A stretch of DNA of 64,000 bases from Eledone cirrhosa (lineage: Eukaryota): positions 374,356,001 to 374,420,000 of the forward strand of contig OZ024741.1 in the NCBI GenBank assembly GCA_964016885.1, read 5' to 3'. Position numbers and translations under genes: made by a program. Shown here in pieces: positions 62,063 through 64,000 of this stretch (the first letter of the stretch is position 1; the number at the start of each line of letters is the position of its first letter). The notes beneath the pieces were generated by a model. It searched no databases, was not told the DNA's origin, and was given only the letters and a program-made list of their open reading frames with translations.

Positions 62063-63129
62063 AATTTATAGGATTTTCATTGTTCTTTGGAATGTATCTC
62101 TTTGATAGTTTTTCTTTTGTTAAATGATGACTTTTTGGTCTTCATTAGGTCTCTTCATATTGGTGAGCAATCTCTTCCACCTCCCTACAGTTTAACCCAC
62201 TGATTCCCAAAGTTGGTGCTACCACCTCATGATGTGGTGGTTGGAGAGGGGCACTGAAAATTTCATGGGGCATTGGGGGGTGAGGGGGGGAAAAGGAGTA
62301 AAGAATATAAATTGGCAGTTGCTCATAAAAGCTGTCACCTTTAGTTATTCAATAAGTACTTAAATAAAACTTTTAAAAATATTACAATTTAATTTTCACT
62401 GCATGTCACAAGAGGCAAGTAAAGGGGTTCGCATTGAGAAGGGCATCCAACTATAAAACATAGTCTCAAAACATCTTGTGGCCATAAAAATGTTGATGAC
62501 ATATAATTTTTTTATCAATTTTGCAGTGGAGAAAATATACCCTCTAAAATGAGGGCAGTACTCCAAAAAGTTTTGGAAAAAACTCTGGGTTGTCTCTTTT
62601 GATACTTTACCACCCCTGGTTGTGTAAAACGAAATATTTATATTTATCTAAAACCCTTCTATCATAATTTGTAATCATATATATGCATTATTTCATTACC
62701 ATATTTCTAAGGAAAAACACTGCCTATGATTTTCAAATAATTATGAAAATCAAGAATTTGGGACTTTGTAATATAACTAACTTTCTTAATATCAAGGTGG
62801 TGTTTGGAGCATAACTTGACAAAAGTTTTAGGTTGTTAGTAAAATAACTTTTTAGTTTTTAAGCTGGTATTTGAAATAATGTTTTCTTTCATAAAGTTAT
62901 GATGGAAGGTCAAAACCTAATATGATCACTCAGTAGAGTGTGGGAGTATATGTGAGATGTAAGCACCTAGCCCATCTCAGAGGTTTGTGACAACTTGTTA
63001 AATTTTGTTACTTGGGAAAGCAAACGTTAAATGGTCATAATGATGATGACTTTAAACCGGCCGTATCCAACCAGAATTCTTTCACCTCTTTCTATTCAAA
63101 CTAGTCGTTACTGGCTGCTCATACTTATG

Positions 63130-64000
63130 TTAACCCTTTAGCATTCAAAGCGACAAAAACCGACAAGATTATGTCCCCTTTCATTTATTCAAACCGACAT
63201 TTAATACCACACGGAGATTTCCTTCTAAAAATAAACATTGACATCATCGAAATCTCGTCAATTCGAGATTACTGCGAGATAAAGCCCTTACGCGCGAAAA
63301 TTAACTCTTAGTATAGTTAAAGAACTTGCGATAACACGTGTTTTTAACGTTGAAAGTGTAATATGGCTTCCGAAAGTAGCGACAACGAATTTGAAGGTTT
63401 TACGTCCGACGACATTCGAGATCAAAAAGAAACAGAAGATAATATCAGTGATTTATCTTCAAACGAATCAGATATATTTATTTCTGATATATCTTATAAT
63501 GATGATAGTTACTTTGAAAGTGAAAGAGAAGATTTGACTGACACCATTGAAAAAACAGCAACGTGGTTGAAAGAAACATCGATACATGTTTCGGATTTTA
63601 CTGAAAATATTGGACCACAACTCACATTACCACCCGATGCTAAAGCACTGGATTATTATTTTTTATTTTTACCACAATCTTTCTTCGAAGTTGTGGCAAA
63701 TCGCTATGCACAACAACAAATTTCTAATATCGGAAAACCCGATCTGTTATGGCGTCCGACAGATTCTGCCGAAATGAAAGCGTTTTTTACCATAAATATT
63801 ATGTTTGGTATTAAACAATTTGCACGACTGTGGAATTATTGGAGTACTGATATAAGGTTTGGTGACCCTTATATATCTAGTATTATGGCAAAAACGAGAT
63901 TCATTAAATTAAACCAGTATTTGCATCTGGTTGATACTTCAAATGCCTCTGGTAGAAATGAATCAAATTACGACCCACTGTACAAAGTACGACCATTAAT
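63130..64000 (+). mobile_element. piggyBac transposon, left end, runs off the window
   Basis: TTAA (63130-63133) followed by TIR CCCTTTAGCATTC; CpG-rich relative to flanks; transposase ORF follows. Confidence 0.93.
63363..64000 (+). CDS. piggyBac (PGBD4-like) transposase, N-terminal 212 codons, open to the window end
   Basis: MASESSDNEFEGF (acidic N-terminus)...GP...LDYYFLFL...NRYA...W.PTDSAEMKAFF...FGIK...YWS...IM...RF..L.QYLHLVD...DPLYKVRPL; no stop; absent from the ORF track, presumably because it is unterminated. Confidence 0.92.
   Translation, partial: MASESSDNEFEGFTSDDIRDQKETEDNISDLSSNESDIFISDISYNDDSYFESEREDLTDTIEKTATWLKETSIHVSDFTENIGPQLTLPPDAKALDYYFLFLPQSFFEVVANRYAQQQISNIGKPDLLWRPTDSAEMKAFFTINIMFGIKQFARLWNYWSTDIRFGDPYISSIMAKTRFIKLNQYLHLVDTSNASGRNESNYDPLYKVRPL

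Noticed and set aside
63300-63362. CSB-PGBD3-like in-frame fusion of ACO1 exon 6 to the piggyBac transposase
   Set aside because: Exon 6 ends in phase 1 and none of the nearby AGs (63311, 63316, 63322, 63356) gives the right frame. Only exon 5 to the weak AAG at 63356 would be in frame.

Overview
Eukaryotic, AT-rich, repeat-dense genomic DNA. The SINE/RTE repertoire and (TA)n content point to an octopus or other coleoid cephalopod; this is an inference, not checked by search. Two spliced genes lie head-to-head. A complete SLC25A44-type mitochondrial carrier is on the minus strand (4 coding exons, 9844-22196, 326 aa). The 5' part of cytosolic aconitase/iron regulatory protein ACO1/IRP1 is on the plus strand (6 exons from 28753, continuing past the window). 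Introns hold a near-intact RTE LINE (49283-52367, one nonsense codon, with an internal PHD-like finger), a truncated sister copy, partner tRNA-SINEs, R4/CRE/CR1 remnants, Helitron and Tc1/pogo MITEs, and several TTAA-flanked piggyBac MITE families. A piggyBac with an open transposase ORF starts at the right edge. The most unexpected signal is a set of Penelope/retrozyme-type minimal hammerhead ribozymes read by eye. Three related ones cluster in ACO1 intron 1 (29374-29453 -, 29592-29652 -, 30833-30893 +); the last has an intact core and lies in the sense of the pre-mRNA. A pair sits in the last SLC25A44 intron, and several decayed ones are tied to inverted repeats. Most short ORFs in the supplied track are spurious. 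All structures and splice models were derived by hand and need computational or experimental confirmation.
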